Positions 24,643-34,140 of a stretch of DNA of 64,000 nucleotides are shown piece by piece. The notes under the pieces were generated by a model. It saw nothing but the letters and a program-made list of their open reading frames with translations, was not told the DNA's origin and made no database searches. Within the stretch, counting starts at the first letter, position 1; each line of letters opens with the position of its first letter. Origin of the DNA: a virus; IMG/VR virus record IMGVR_UViG_3300050821_018577, positions 32,001 through 96,000 of that record. One strand, written 5' to 3'. The position numbers and the translations under genes are program-made.

Positions 24643-24704
24643 AAGGCCTCCCAACCATGATGCTATCTTGTTTTCCCCGATTGGTCCTGTTCTTTTTTGG
24701 ACAC

Positions 24705-24941
24705 TCAATTGGGCGCCGGTCCAACCTTGACCCACACGGTTTTGTCTACCGGCCCTTTGCCGCGGTCGATTACGCAAATTCCCGGAAACCGCTCTTTGAG
24801 TTTCCGGATGTAGCGTTCCGCCTTGCCTTCTTCATCGTCGGTGATGAACGACACGGTCTTCTTGTGGACCATCGCCTGGTGGCCTATCATTTCGATTCTG
24901 CGGTCCTCGTCATGGTCGGCAACATCCATAAAAACCGTCAT
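24705..24941 (-). CDS. hypothetical protein
   Basis: ATG at 24941 overlapping upstream stop. Confidence 0.6.
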   Translation of the reverse strand: MTVFMDVADHDEDRRIEMIGHQAMVHKKTVSFITDDEEGKAERYIRKLKERFPGICVIDRGKGPVDKTVWVKVGPAPN

Positions 24942-25507
24942 GGGTTCTCCGCTTTCGCTGGTGTCAGCTTGCCGAACGCTCGCATGTGTTCCATCCACAC
25001 GCGCACTTTGCTTTTCCCCGGCGGCAACGGATCGACGGCAACGAAATAATAAAATATCGACATTCCAAAGGAAAAGAATATCGTGGAAACCAAGTCCGCA
25101 AACCAGTAAGGACCGCGGCGCGGCGGTAGCACAATTAGGAATACCGTGTCCCACAAAAGCATCCCCAGCCACAGGAGTCTCCACCACACATTGAACCAGC
25201 CAACGGTGAAAGCCATAAGCTCGCGCGGTTTGATTCCGGAGCCTAAGTGTTCCTCCGCTTTGGTAAGGAAAAACGTGCGCCTGTAGAAATCCACCAGTAT
25301 GATGAGTTGCAGCAGCATTAGGCTCAAAGGCGTCTTATGACGCAGAAACTGATGCAGGTAATTAAGCAGTTGGACGCCAATGTCCACCGCAGCCAAGGCA
25401 ATCCCGATTTTGGCGATGAAATAGCTGGTCAACCCTATGGCACGCTGCGTCGCGTGACTGATTTTGGTGCACACCGCCAATAGGATGGCATCGAATTCGC
25501 GAATCAT
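24938..25507 (-). CDS. multi-TM membrane protein
   Basis: ATG 25507 (MIREFD); about 4 hydrophobic segments. Confidence 0.65.
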   Translation of the reverse strand: MIREFDAILLAVCTKISHATQRAIGLTSYFIAKIGIALAAVDIGVQLLNYLHQFLRHKTPLSLMLLQLIILVDFYRRTFFLTKAEEHLGSGIKPRELMAFTVGWFNVWWRLLWLGMLLWDTVFLIVLPPRRGPYWFADLVSTIFFSFGMSIFYYFVAVDPLPPGKSKVRVWMEHMRAFGKLTPAKAENP

Positions 25508-25803
25508 TTCGGTTCTTGCTCCTTCTGCGCCGCTCGAAACCGCGCTTGCGTGAGTATTTCGCGCATCTTGCGCAAAGACCGCTGGCCGTAGAGTTTCGCG
25601 CTGTCCTCGAGGTCCTGGTCGGTCAGCTCGATATGAAACCATTTTTTGAAAAAGGCACGCCGGCGTGTGAGTCTGCATGGCATACATCTGCAGGCGAAGT
25701 GGATCCGCCACACGTGAGAGCCAAACCACAGCTGGTACGCGTAATAGTCCAGGCGCTCGAGGCGATATTGTTTTGGCTGGCCAGCCCAATGATAGAGTTT
25801 CAT
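25504..25803 (-). CDS. hypothetical protein
   Basis: ATGA overlaps. Confidence 0.55.
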   Translation of the reverse strand: MKLYHWAGQPKQYRLERLDYYAYQLWFGSHVWRIHFACRCMPCRLTRRRAFFKKWFHIELTDQDLEDSAKLYGQRSLRKMREILTQARFRAAQKEQEPK

Positions 25804-26213
25804 CGCCGGTCTGGACCAGTTATCTGCGCCGTCCCGGTATGTTGCCAATCCTGTGCATTACAGCTGGCGTCATCGATGATGGAAAGCATACCGTTGGTGT
25901 AGAGGGCGCACACTGCGTCCTTTCCCGGATACCAGCCAAAATCTCCGTTTTTGGCGTTGACGGTATCAAGCCAAATCGATACCGCCGGCTTTGTTTTCGC
26001 TTGATGGTTCTTGGCCTGCTTACCGAGCAGCGGTGTTCCAATGGTTACGTGATTCGCCGCGTTCCAGCCATTATCGAACATCTCCTGCACGATGGTTTTT
26101 TCTTCGCTGGCGTACCAGCGGTCCGCGGCGTGCTTGCCCAAACCGTAGCCTATCCCCAAGCCGCTGACCCACAATCCAAACAGGATCAGGAACCAACGCA
26201 GAGTTTCTTTCAT
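25800..26213 (-). CDS. membrane-anchored protein
   Basis: N-terminal TM. Confidence 0.6.
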   Translation of the reverse strand: MKETLRWFLILFGLWVSGLGIGYGLGKHAADRWYASEEKTIVQEMFDNGWNAANHVTIGTPLLGKQAKNHQAKTKPAVSIWLDTVNAKNGDFGWYPGKDAVCALYTNGMLSIIDDASCNAQDWQHTGTAQITGPDRR

Positions 26214-26503
26214 GGCTTCTCCCTTTGCTTGGCGACTTGTTCTTCTATCGCAGTTACCATGCGGTCCACACCGGTCAGCGCCTCTAACGATTGCCGTAGG
26301 GTAATGCCTGGCTTCAATAAATCTTTGTCGGCATGAAATCCCGCCCGGTAGAATTTATTCATGCGTTGCCGGAATTCTTCCCGTATCGGTTGGTTGAGGT
26401 CGACTTCGGTCACCGTGAATCCGCAGCCGGAACAGACATGCGCTTGGCCATCAGCTGCCAACACCAGCGATTGGTCGCAGTTTGGACAGTTCATGGCCAG
26501 CAT
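26210..26503 (-). CDS. Zn-ribbon protein
   Basis: CPNC...CSGCG. Confidence 0.6.
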   Translation of the reverse strand: MLAMNCPNCDQSLVLAADGQAHVCSGCGFTVTEVDLNQPIREEFRQRMNKFYRAGFHADKDLLKPGITLRQSLEALTGVDRMVTAIEEQVAKQREKP

Positions 26504-26600
26504 CCTAGCACAAACTTGGCGTCTATGTTACAGTTTGCCGGAGGGTCTACCAACGCCAGAATGGGGCAGCAGAATATCATGCGCTGTTCGCGGAGCAAAA

Positions 26601-26831
26601 ATGAGCGAACGCATCGATGCTATAAAGAAATTAGTGGACCAGTTTCCACCTGGCAATCTCAACCGTAAGTTGTGGGTGCTCGTGATTGCCGAACTGGAGG
26701 ATTTACGCCATCCTGGAGAGCAAAGAATCAAGCGATGCAGCTACCGTTTCAGTGGAAGCGGTAATCAGTGCCAACGTGACGAGCACAGCGACAGTCATCA
26801 TTCCTGGAAGCAGGCCGCGGAGCCGAAATGA
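26601..26831 (+). CDS. hypothetical protein
   Basis: ATG 26601 after GGAG. Confidence 0.55.
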   Translation: MSERIDAIKKLVDQFPPGNLNRKLWVLVIAELEDLRHPGEQRIKRCSYRFSGSGNQCQRDEHSDSHHSWKQAAEPK

Positions 26832-27133
26832 TGGACAGGATCTCCGACCGCGACCGCGCATTGCGTCTACTGGCGGCGTTGTTTGGCCTGACCGTGGAGC
26901 AGCTGCGAAAAGAATTCAGCGCCGCCAACATTGATGCCGACCTGGAAACCATCATGGCGGAATTTCAAGAATTGGCGGTAGAGGGATGGACCGACGGCTA
27001 TGAAGCTGGCATCGATGTGGAAGCTATGCGCCGCGACCATCCCGAGGAATACCATCGCCAGGCGCAGGACGTCAAAGGAATCCTGATGAAAGCCGTGGAC
27101 GACTGGAAGCGCAGACGGCTGGGAGTGAACTAA
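26828..27133 (+). CDS. hypothetical protein
   Basis: ATGA overlap. Confidence 0.6.
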   Translation: MMDRISDRDRALRLLAALFGLTVEQLRKEFSAANIDADLETIMAEFQELAVEGWTDGYEAGIDVEAMRRDHPEEYHRQAQDVKGILMKAVDDWKRRRLGVN

Positions 27134-27146
27134 CAATCCGTGCGTC

Positions 27147-27830
27147 CTACCTGGGCTTGAAACTCATCGTGAACTGACACCAGTTCACCGGACTGCTATA
27201 GGTCACTTTGCTGGTGACCTCGCCGCTCGCGGTTGCGACCATATCTTCGATGAACGCGTTGGCGTGGTCGCGGAGTGTGAAGCCGCCGTCACCGATTATT
27301 CCAGGAAGGCCGGTGGTGTGGTTGGATCCGATGCCGATAACCAGTTCGCCCGCTTCCGCCAGTACTGGCGCGCTCCAGCCGTACTCGCTCACGACATTGA
27401 ACGTTTCTGGAGATACTTGGACTGGCGTCAACGCGCCTGCGTACACGGCGAAGATGACCTCTTCCCAGCAAGGTAAATTGTTAGGGCACGTCACGGTGAT
27501 TGTGTCCGTGCCGCTCGCGCAGGAATTGCTGTACAGCAGCCGCAAGTCAGATTGTCCGGTGGCCACCTCGAATGAATTGCCTTGTGAATCTTTAATGGTG
27601 CCGTAGTTCAACTGGTCTGCCGACGCCACCATGATGGTGCACGGAGCAACCAGGGGCTGCTTGAACGTGAACGTGTAGCTGGCTGCCTGGGCCCAGTAGT
27701 TGGCCCAGTCGTTGACAATCAATATTCCGCCTTGCGTGTAGCCCACGGCCTGGGGCGCGACGTAGTTGCTGCCGCCGCCGCAACCGCACAAAACAAAGGC
27801 AACACAGACCCAGGGAATCAATTTTCGCAT
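27147..27830 (-). CDS. putative lipoprotein
   Basis: MRKLIPWVCVAFVLCGC lipobox-like; beta-rich body. Confidence 0.7.
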   Translation of the reverse strand: MRKLIPWVCVAFVLCGCGGGSNYVAPQAVGYTQGGILIVNDWANYWAQAASYTFTFKQPLVAPCTIMVASADQLNYGTIKDSQGNSFEVATGQSDLRLLYSNSCASGTDTITVTCPNNLPCWEEVIFAVYAGALTPVQVSPETFNVVSEYGWSAPVLAEAGELVIGIGSNHTTGLPGIIGDGGFTLRDHANAFIEDMVATASGEVTSKVTYSSPVNWCQFTMSFKPR

Positions 27831-28159
27831 ACGTCCTCCAGATTACTGTCCCGCGCTTCGTCCAACAGCCTATAGGTTTCCTCATCGCCTAAAATTCCGC
27901 AAAGCAATTCCACCAGGATTTTCGAATGGTCGTACAGGAAGGCGATGAATTTTTCATCATTGCCGATATACACGTAGCCGTTTTCATCGCTGCAAGCCAC
28001 CATGGCCACCCAGGTACACAGCCGGCTCCAGCGTGTCAGCGGATCGATCGTGGCATCCGCGGCTAACGACTGGACGCATTTGTGGAATTCCGTGCTGGCG
28101 CGCACCATGTCGAGGCCGGCGTGACGAAACCGTAATCGCTGTTTGCGGATTCTATTCAT
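27818..28159 (-). CDS. hypothetical protein
   Basis: ATG 28159 (MNRIRKQ). Confidence 0.55.
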   Translation of the reverse strand: MNRIRKQRLRFRHAGLDMVRASTEFHKCVQSLAADATIDPLTRWSRLCTWVAMVACSDENGYVYIGNDEKFIAFLYDHSKILVELLCGILGDEETYRLLDEARDSNLEDVCEN

Positions 28160-28296
28160 CGTTGGAACCGGCCCCACAGTTTCACAAACCACGGAAACAC
28201 CGGCGAGTTTATCAGTTGTATTATAAGAATAGTCAGCAACACTATCAGCCCGACGCCCAGGAGCAGGCTGAAACAGATGAACAGCAAGGTCTTCAC
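28156..28296 (-). CDS. 46-aa membrane protein (not in ORF track)
   Basis: GTG/TGA overlaps both sides; MKTLLFICFSLLLGVGLIVLL... Confidence 0.5.
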   Translation of the reverse strand: MKTLLFICFSLLLGVGLIVLLTILIIQLINSPVFPWFVKLWGRFQR

Positions 28297-28581
28297 GGCA
28301 GCAGCAACCCTTTCACCTGCGCACTCTCGAATGGTTCGACCATCTGCGTCACCAGGTTGAACCGGTCAAAGCACAGTCCCAGGGCCATCGCGCAGTTTAT
28401 CGGAACCGGCCCATCGAAACACGCCGTTAAACTCAGGAATGAAATCCACGTTGCATTGCGGGCACCAGAGATGTCCCTGGTACTCCGACCAATCGGGATC
28501 TGTGTGGCCGCAGCCGTGAAAGGCAATCTCGTATTGCCGCGGCCGTTGTAGGTAGACCCAGGTACGTTTTTCGAGTTTCAT
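28293..28581 (-). CDS. Zn-finger protein apparently split by a +1 frameshift at 28419-28414
   Basis: MKLEKRTW..WCPQC..NGVF continues as DGPVPIN.. in the +1 frame. Confidence 0.45.
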
Positions 28582-29196
28582 GACGATGATTTGAATTGGG
28601 GATGTGAGACGCCGCTTTTCGGGCATTTGCGCGCCCATTCCAACGGCTTGCTCCACGAAGAAATAATACCCAGGTCCCGGACTATTCACGGTAGAGAGAA
28701 TTCTCCAGTATGTTTCCGGTTCGCTCATGCGCCTAAAAATATCGCCTTGGCGCAGGTCGTCCCACTCAACTGACTCCCATTCGCGTCGGCGAATCACCAC
28801 GCGCTCGAACTGTTCATCAAGCGGTTTGTGTCCTGCGGCTGGATGTGCGACCGTGTACAAATCGCCGCAGGAGTTAGGAACAACTTGCACCACGACTGCG
28901 GTTCCAATGTGCCACAGGCGCTCGTAAGGATCGAAAGCCATTTGCCCGGGCTCGAGCGATGTGTCGTATTCCCAACGCACCGTGCGCCGCGCGCGTTCAA
29001 AACATACTTCGGTATGGGTGTAACAGACCGGAACTTCGAGCAACGCTACCGAGTGGTCCCCGCACAGATGGCAATGATTTTCATCCATCGGCGCGTAAAC
29101 CCAGCGTGGCCTCGCTTGTGTTGCAGGCGCAAAATGCAGCGCCCAAAAGCCGGCAGCCGCTTTGGCGATCGAGGTGAAAAAGCTACGGCGTTTCAT
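28366..29196 (-). CDS. hypothetical protein with Tat-like N-terminus (KRRSFF), in-frame fused to the downstream gene
   Basis: ATG 29196 overlaps upstream TGA. Confidence 0.45.
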   Translation of the reverse strand: MKRRSFFTSIAKAAAGFWALHFAPATQARPRWVYAPMDENHCHLCGDHSVALLEVPVCYTHTEVCFERARRTVRWEYDTSLEPGQMAFDPYERLWHIGTAVVVQVVPNSCGDLYTVAHPAAGHKPLDEQFERVVIRRREWESVEWDDLRQGDIFRRMSEPETYWRILSTVNSPGPGYYFFVEQAVGMGAQMPEKRRLTSPIQIIVMKLEKRTWVYLQRPRQYEIAFHGCGHTDPDWSEYQGHLWCPQCNVDFIPEFNGVFRWAGSDKLRDGPGTVL

Positions 29197-29384
29197 GGTC
29201 CAGTCCTTATGCCGCACCCAGCCCGTAATTTCCAGAGCGTGTACGGCGTGAAAAGAAGCGCGGCGGCCCTTTGCCACTTCTGCCGCGCTGTCCATGCAGG
29301 CATCTCGTCGTTGAGGCGAGAAAAACAAAATATCCCGGAGCTGACTGCCATTTGAAGCCACAAGAAAATTGCTAGGTATTTCAT
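29193..29384 (-). CDS. small membrane protein
   Basis: ATGA overlaps. Confidence 0.5.
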   Translation of the reverse strand: MKYLAIFLWLQMAVSSGIFCFSRLNDEMPAWTARQKWQRAAALLFTPYTLWKLRAGCGIRTGP

Positions 29385-29635
29385 GGTTTCGCCGCTTTTT
29401 TCCACCCGACGATTTGTGGATCGCTGATTCCAGCCTTGGCGAAACCGTCCAGTTGCTCCTGCAATTTCCCGCGCACCCGCGCCAGCTCGTCTGCGGTCGT
29501 GCATGTATTCCGACATGCGGAATGTGCTCGACTACTTTGAACATGCCAACTGGATGTTTTCGCTTCGCCCGGAGTGTTGGCGATTCTGTCGAAGATGGCG
29601 TTGTCAGGTTCGCGTTCAAATCGTGCTTCGCTCAT
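29381..29635 (-). CDS. hypothetical protein
   Basis: SD GGAGG. Confidence 0.55.
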   Translation of the reverse strand: MSEARFEREPDNAIFDRIANTPGEAKTSSWHVQSSRAHSACRNTCTTADELARVRGKLQEQLDGFAKAGISDPQIVGWKKAAKP

Positions 29636-29940
29636 GGTTGCGCCTCCGAATGCCGTACCCCAGCCCGGTACAACTCCGCGCGTATGCTCTGGAAATGTTG
29701 GTAGCGGTGCGCATCCGGCTCGGTTCGTTCCACTTGCTCCAGAGCCTCAAGGGCAAAATCGGTCCGCTCAATTCCCTCGGCTTTTAGTTCCTCAAGGCAT
29801 TCTAAAATTAACCCAGCCATCTCCGCCGGCGTCAATACCACCTTGGGCCGAAACAACGGACACCACCGGTCCAGCCATATCAGGAATTTCACTTCCCATC
29901 TGGCTAATCGCTGGTAATAAAATCTCCACCGCTCGGTCAT
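29632..29940 (-). CDS. hypothetical protein
   Basis: 102-aa ORF in operon. Confidence 0.55.
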   Translation of the reverse strand: MTERWRFYYQRLARWEVKFLIWLDRWCPLFRPKVVLTPAEMAGLILECLEELKAEGIERTDFALEALEQVERTEPDAHRYQHFQSIRAELYRAGVRHSEAQP

Positions 29941-29948
29941 AAAATTAC

Positions 29949-31787
29949 CTATGGCGCCAACTGAGTGAGCAGTTGCCCTAATTTTGTTTTGGCCGCTTCG
30001 AGCAACGCTGGACTGTGGTTCCAGTTTTTCCAGTTTCCGGCAATCGGTTGTAGGGTGGCATTGAGAAACGCGCTTTGCCCCAAGCGGTTTAGGATGGCTG
30101 CATATTCATAATCCTGGATGCCGTCGCGAATGGCTTTTAAGCGAATGCCGGGAGCGGATTCGGTCGACCCGATAGGCCCTGGCGGGTAGAGGAAGATGCC
30201 ATCGCCGGGCCGGCTATTGCTGCCGCAGGTGGTTTCATTCACATTGTCCCAGCTAGCTTGCGCGTTGCCGTTGGTCCAGCCATCCGCGCGATAGTACAGG
30301 ATCCCGGTGGCGCCTTCGGCCCAATTCAAAAACCCTGCCTGCAGGCGCTCGTTGATGGGCGGATAGTCCACCATCCATTCTGGAGTGTTGCCGAATCCGG
30401 TGTTGCAGCTGGTGTAGCTCCACAAATCGCCGCCTGCGGTAAACGGCAAAGCCGGCCACTGCTCGAGGGCATCGAGCAGCACCCAATGGTCGACCGCGCC
30501 GTACAGGTTGGCGTCCGGGGCGTTGATGGTGAGTATCGTTTTGACGCCCGCAGAGTGCGCGTCGGCCGCCATGGTTTTTAGCGCCGGATAGGCTGCCGGA
30601 CACCCATTTAATTCATCGCCTACATAAAAATCTAACGCCACTCCGGCGGGATAGTTTCCAGCGGCTGCGGAAATTTGCGTTGCGGTCGGCGAGCTGCTCG
30701 AGGAGCCGTTACACTGAATGCCGATAAAGTAGTAGCCATCTAAGCCTGACCGGTTCAGCCCGAAGTTGGCGACGTCAAAGGCCGCGTTGGCTGCCGCGTC
30801 ATACCGGCTCATCACCTTGTTGCGCATCAGCGCATCCGCCAGGCTGGTTACGGTGTTTCCCGAAGCCGGATTCCAAAGCGTCCATTCGGAAAGCTCCGTG
30901 GGCTTGAGCGGCAGCTCGAAATTCCATACCGTCAGGCTGACCGGCACCAACACCGTGCCTTGCGTGGCAGTGACAGAAATGGTTCCCGTGTAGACGCCTG
31001 GCGGCGCTGCCAAGCCTCGCGGGATCGCAATATCAATCCAATACGGCTGGTTTTTTCCCGCCGCTACGGTGGCGTTGCAAGCCTTGAGCGTGGCTGTCGT
31101 TGCACACAGCGGCGAGCCCGTTTCCGGGTCAGTGAAAGGGATCAGCGGCTCCGCGTACGTTCCTGAACCGAGTGGCGGATTGCTGCCGCCGCCGTAATTG
31201 TTGGTTCCCGTCACGGTCAGGAAATATTCGCGATAGACTGTGACGGCGGAAGCGGGGATCGTTGCTGGCCCGGTTAACGCCGAAGCTGTCAGATTCACAT
31301 TGCCCACTGGACCTGCCACAGCAATTTGTGCGTCCACGGTTTCTCCGCGTCCGCCCGATACAGTAATCCCCGATACGGTCCCTGGGCTGTCCACCAATCC
31401 CACGCGCGAGGTGCCATCTACAACCCACACCGGATAGGCCGCTGGTGGCGGAGGAGGCGGCACCGTTTGCCGGAATATCGAAACGGTGAATGCCCCTGTT
31501 TGTGGAAATTGCACCACCGCCGTCAGCGTCGTCGAATTCAGGAAAGTCGTGGTCCAATTGGTCGGCGTTATACACGGTGTCGCACAAGTTTCCACTATGT
31601 CCCCGGGTAAAAAACCCAAACCCGTTACCGTCAGCGTCACGCTCGTTGCCGCCGCCACCGTCCCAGGAGTAACACCGCTCACCGTTGGGTTGGCCACTAC
31701 CGTCACTGTTTGACCGAACGTTGCTGGGGCTAGTAAGCATAAAAAAGCAAAACATAAAACGGACCGGGATCTCGAATGAATGGTCAT
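29949..31787 (-). CDS. secreted glycoside hydrolase-like protein (IPT/Ig plus GH123/DUF4091-type domain)
   Basis: signal peptide (..ATFG-Q), Pro linker, GDGIFLYPPG..GIRLKAIRDGIQDYEY. Confidence 0.8.
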   Translation of the reverse strand: MTIHSRSRSVLCFAFLCLLAPATFGQTVTVVANPTVSGVTPGTVAAATSVTLTVTGLGFLPGDIVETCATPCITPTNWTTTFLNSTTLTAVVQFPQTGAFTVSIFRQTVPPPPPPAAYPVWVVDGTSRVGLVDSPGTVSGITVSGGRGETVDAQIAVAGPVGNVNLTASALTGPATIPASAVTVYREYFLTVTGTNNYGGGSNPPLGSGTYAEPLIPFTDPETGSPLCATTATLKACNATVAAGKNQPYWIDIAIPRGLAAPPGVYTGTISVTATQGTVLVPVSLTVWNFELPLKPTELSEWTLWNPASGNTVTSLADALMRNKVMSRYDAAANAAFDVANFGLNRSGLDGYYFIGIQCNGSSSSSPTATQISAAAGNYPAGVALDFYVGDELNGCPAAYPALKTMAADAHSAGVKTILTINAPDANLYGAVDHWVLLDALEQWPALPFTAGGDLWSYTSCNTGFGNTPEWMVDYPPINERLQAGFLNWAEGATGILYYRADGWTNGNAQASWDNVNETTCGSNSRPGDGIFLYPPGPIGSTESAPGIRLKAIRDGIQDYEYAAILNRLGQSAFLNATLQPIAGNWKNWNHSPALLEAAKTKLGQLLTQLAP

Positions 31788-31792
31788 AAAAA

Positions 31793-31972
31793 TTATCTGT
31801 GTTCCTCGGTGAACTTAATGGATAACTCCACAACGCACAGCGCCCCGTAAACATTTGCCAGGCACCGCAGCCTGTCGCTGCCCGCTACCGGTTTCGGTTC
31901 GTCTATCAACACAATTCCCGGTCGAATTTCAACCCCGTCTATCTTCGGAAGAATCATCTCACCGGTAACCAT
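31793..31972 (-). CDS. 59-aa hypothetical protein (not in ORF track)
   Basis: MVTGEMILPKIDG...LRCLANVYGALCVVELSI. Confidence 0.55.
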   Translation of the reverse strand: MVTGEMILPKIDGVEIRPGIVLIDEPKPVAGSDRLRCLANVYGALCVVELSIKFTEEHR

Positions 31973-32060
31973 CGCCGCACTCTACTCCCGCTCCTGTGCC
32001 AAAATCCACAACAATTCATCCCGTACATCACTGGTTACCGTATACAGGTTGTTACTCCAT

Positions 32061-32100
32061 GATTTAATTGGACTCAAATCGATTTAATTGGACTCAAATT
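32061..32100. repeat. tandem 2 x 20-bp duplication
   Basis: GATTTAATTGGACTCAAATC repeated. Confidence 0.9.
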
Positions 32101-32233
32101 ATCTCGTTGAAAATAAAGATGGTTAGCAAAGATTTGTTGCACTTGAAACGCGACTTCGGTATCCTCCTCGGTGATTCGGCCGGGAAAGCCGAATGAAAGC
32201 CGAATAAACGCTGAACAAAGCCGAATCCGCCCA

Positions 32234-32725
32234 ATGTCAAACCCAAACGGTAATCCGGCGACACTATTGCCACCATGGGGCCCTGGCAACCCGCCACCCG
32301 TCAGCCCTGGCCGACCGCCGAAACGCCCTGCGTCAGAAGCGTACGAGGCGTGGATGCGCCAGTTGGTTCCACCCGAAAAGATTGCGGAACTCTACGCCGA
32401 AGGAATCAAACTGAAAGCCGGCGCGACCAACGCCGACATGGTGGCGTTATCGATGGGGCGCCAAGCTCTCCGCGGGAATGTGACCGCAGCAAAAGAATTG
32501 CGCGAAGCAGTCGAAGGCAAAGCAACGCAACGGATCGAGTTGTCACGCAGCGAGGATCGCGCGGTAGAGTTTGTGGTGCTGTATGCAACGCCGATACCTG
32601 GCGAAAAAATTGAAATAGTCGATGAGCGCAAAGTCATCGACATGGAGCCGATGCCAGAGAAGCCGGCCGAGGTCGAGGCCCCGGCAGCCCAAGGTCCCCA
32701 CACAAACGACGACAAACCAAAATGA
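32234..32725 (+). CDS. probable terminase small subunit (DUF5681-like)
   Basis: GNP..PGRPPK N-terminus; GNVTAAKELREAVEGK..Q.IE. Confidence 0.65.
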   Translation: MSNPNGNPATLLPPWGPGNPPPVSPGRPPKRPASEAYEAWMRQLVPPEKIAELYAEGIKLKAGATNADMVALSMGRQALRGNVTAAKELREAVEGKATQRIELSRSEDRAVEFVVLYATPIPGEKIEIVDERKVIDMEPMPEKPAEVEAPAAQGPHTNDDKPK

Positions 32726-32937
32726 ATCGTTGCGAGAAAATATATCGTGGGCCGTCCGCTGCGAAAGGTGGCCAATGTTTGCTCGAGGCTTGCCATGATG
32801 GATTGCATGAAACGTATGCAATTCTCATTGCTGACAGCGTGCACGGTATAGTGCAAGACGGATCGGAACACTTCCGCTTCGACGATTCTGAATGCATGAC
32901 GGAGATAGAAATCGTTGCTTGGAATCAACAGTCCTAA
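32722..32937 (+). CDS. hypothetical protein
   Basis: ATGA overlap. Confidence 0.55.
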   Translation: MNRCEKIYRGPSAAKGGQCLLEACHDGLHETYAILIADSVHGIVQDGSEHFRFDDSECMTEIEIVAWNQQS

Positions 32938-33425
32938 ATGCCTGGCCAAATAAATTCATCATGGGCCAGCCACTATTAGTTGTGGTTTCGCCCTCCCGCA
33001 AAACAGCTTGGTCCCTAAGTTATTGATTCCATACAAAGGTTGGTTTACCTTTTGCTTTTTATAGGACACAGACCTTTCGCCCTGTACTTTATCAATCATC
33101 ATGGCCAATTAAAAAACACCTGACTGCCGGCCAGGCCGAAATGGCCCTCCTGTCGAACCGATTCGGAATCACTGAACACGGACCGAAATGAATTCGGTTT
33201 TTGGCGCCAGATGGGTTTAGAAGCGGCGTCCGTGCCTAGGGATAACCATAAGTGGCATATTGTTTCTAGTAACCATGGTATGGTTTATGGGATGGTACGA
33301 CACTTTATGCCTACGAACTAAAGCGAAACCGTAAAGGCATGTCGGCGTCGGTTTGTTACCTAATTCGACACTTTGCGGACTTTCGCTTTTTCTTTATTTA
33401 TTTTGGGTTCGGCTGCATTTTTCGC

Positions 33426-33454
33426 TTGACAATACTTAGGCCCTAAGATAGAAT
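33426..33454 (+). promoter_or_regulatory. strong sigma70 promoter with palindromic spacer
   Basis: TTGACA-17-TAGAAT; spacer contains CTTAGG-C-CCTAAG. Confidence 0.8.
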
Positions 33455-33519
33455 GCGTATAGTTAGATTGAGTCTTGCGCAGCACGACACAAACGCGAGA
33501 CTCCGAAAAGAGAAAACAA

Positions 33520-33729
33520 ATGTTCACAAAGTCAAAGAAGTCCGCCAAGTCTACCGCGAAAGTGGCCGTCCTGTCTCACGCCAAGCGTAGCAGTATCGCG
33601 CGACGTGCCGCGAACAGCGCATGGACTTTTATGCGCAGCAAAGCGTATCAAGCGATTCGCAATTCCAGCCGCACTCCTGCCGCGAAGCGCGCCGCTATCG
33701 AAGCTTTGAAAGCGCGTCGCGCAGCCTAG
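33520..33729 (+). CDS. small basic K/R/A-rich protein
   Basis: own promoter and terminator. Confidence 0.7.
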   Translation: MFTKSKKSAKSTAKVAVLSHAKRSSIARRAANSAWTFMRSKAYQAIRNSSRTPAAKRAAIEALKARRAA

Positions 33730-33739
33730 TCTACTCCGC

Positions 33740-33779
33740 GAGACTGCGCAGACTTATCTTCTGCGCAGTCTCTTTTTTT
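33740..33779 (+). terminator. intrinsic terminator
   Basis: GAGACTGCGCAGA/TCTGCGCAGTCTC 13-bp stem followed by T7. Confidence 0.9.
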
Positions 33780-33833
33780 CTCTCGACGCGCAAGCTTGAC
33801 CTAATGCGCGTCGAGTCAAGAAAAGAGAAACTA

Positions 33834-34082
33834 ATGCCAAGTCTATTCCTTATGCGCCAAGCGAGACTCCGAGCACAGCGAATCCGCGAGACTGCCTCTC
33901 GACTCTCGACTCGCGTCCTAGCAGTTCTCCCCGTAACGCCTGAACTACCGGACCCGGCTTTCACGTTTGACCCCGACCTAGAAACATTCTTGCGCCGCAA
34001 CAATCTGACGTCGGCGCTAGAGCAATACATCCGCACGCAACAAGTCAGAGCGGGTGCCGTCTCAGACGGTTGGCCAGCCTAA
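33834..34082 (+). CDS. hypothetical protein
   Basis: ATG 33834; followed by a terminator. Confidence 0.5.
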   Translation: MPSLFLMRQARLRAQRIRETASRLSTRVLAVLPVTPELPDPAFTFDPDLETFLRRNNLTSALEQYIRTQQVRAGAVSDGWPA

Positions 34083-34107
34083 CCCTACTCCACACCGTAA
34101 CACCCAC

Positions 34108-34140
34108 GCGGCCAGCCTAACAGCTGGCCGCTTTTTCTTT
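34108..34140 (+). terminator. intrinsic terminator
   Basis: GCGGCCAGC/GCTGGCCGC followed by TTTTTCTTT. Confidence 0.85.

Noticed and set aside
28366-29619. 417-aa ORF as one protein
   Set aside because: It overlaps two coupled small genes (29193..29384, 29381..29635); the likely start is 29196.
33016-33028. IHF site as proof of a cos end
   Set aside because: One or two consensus matches are expected by chance in 64 kb; kept only as weak support.
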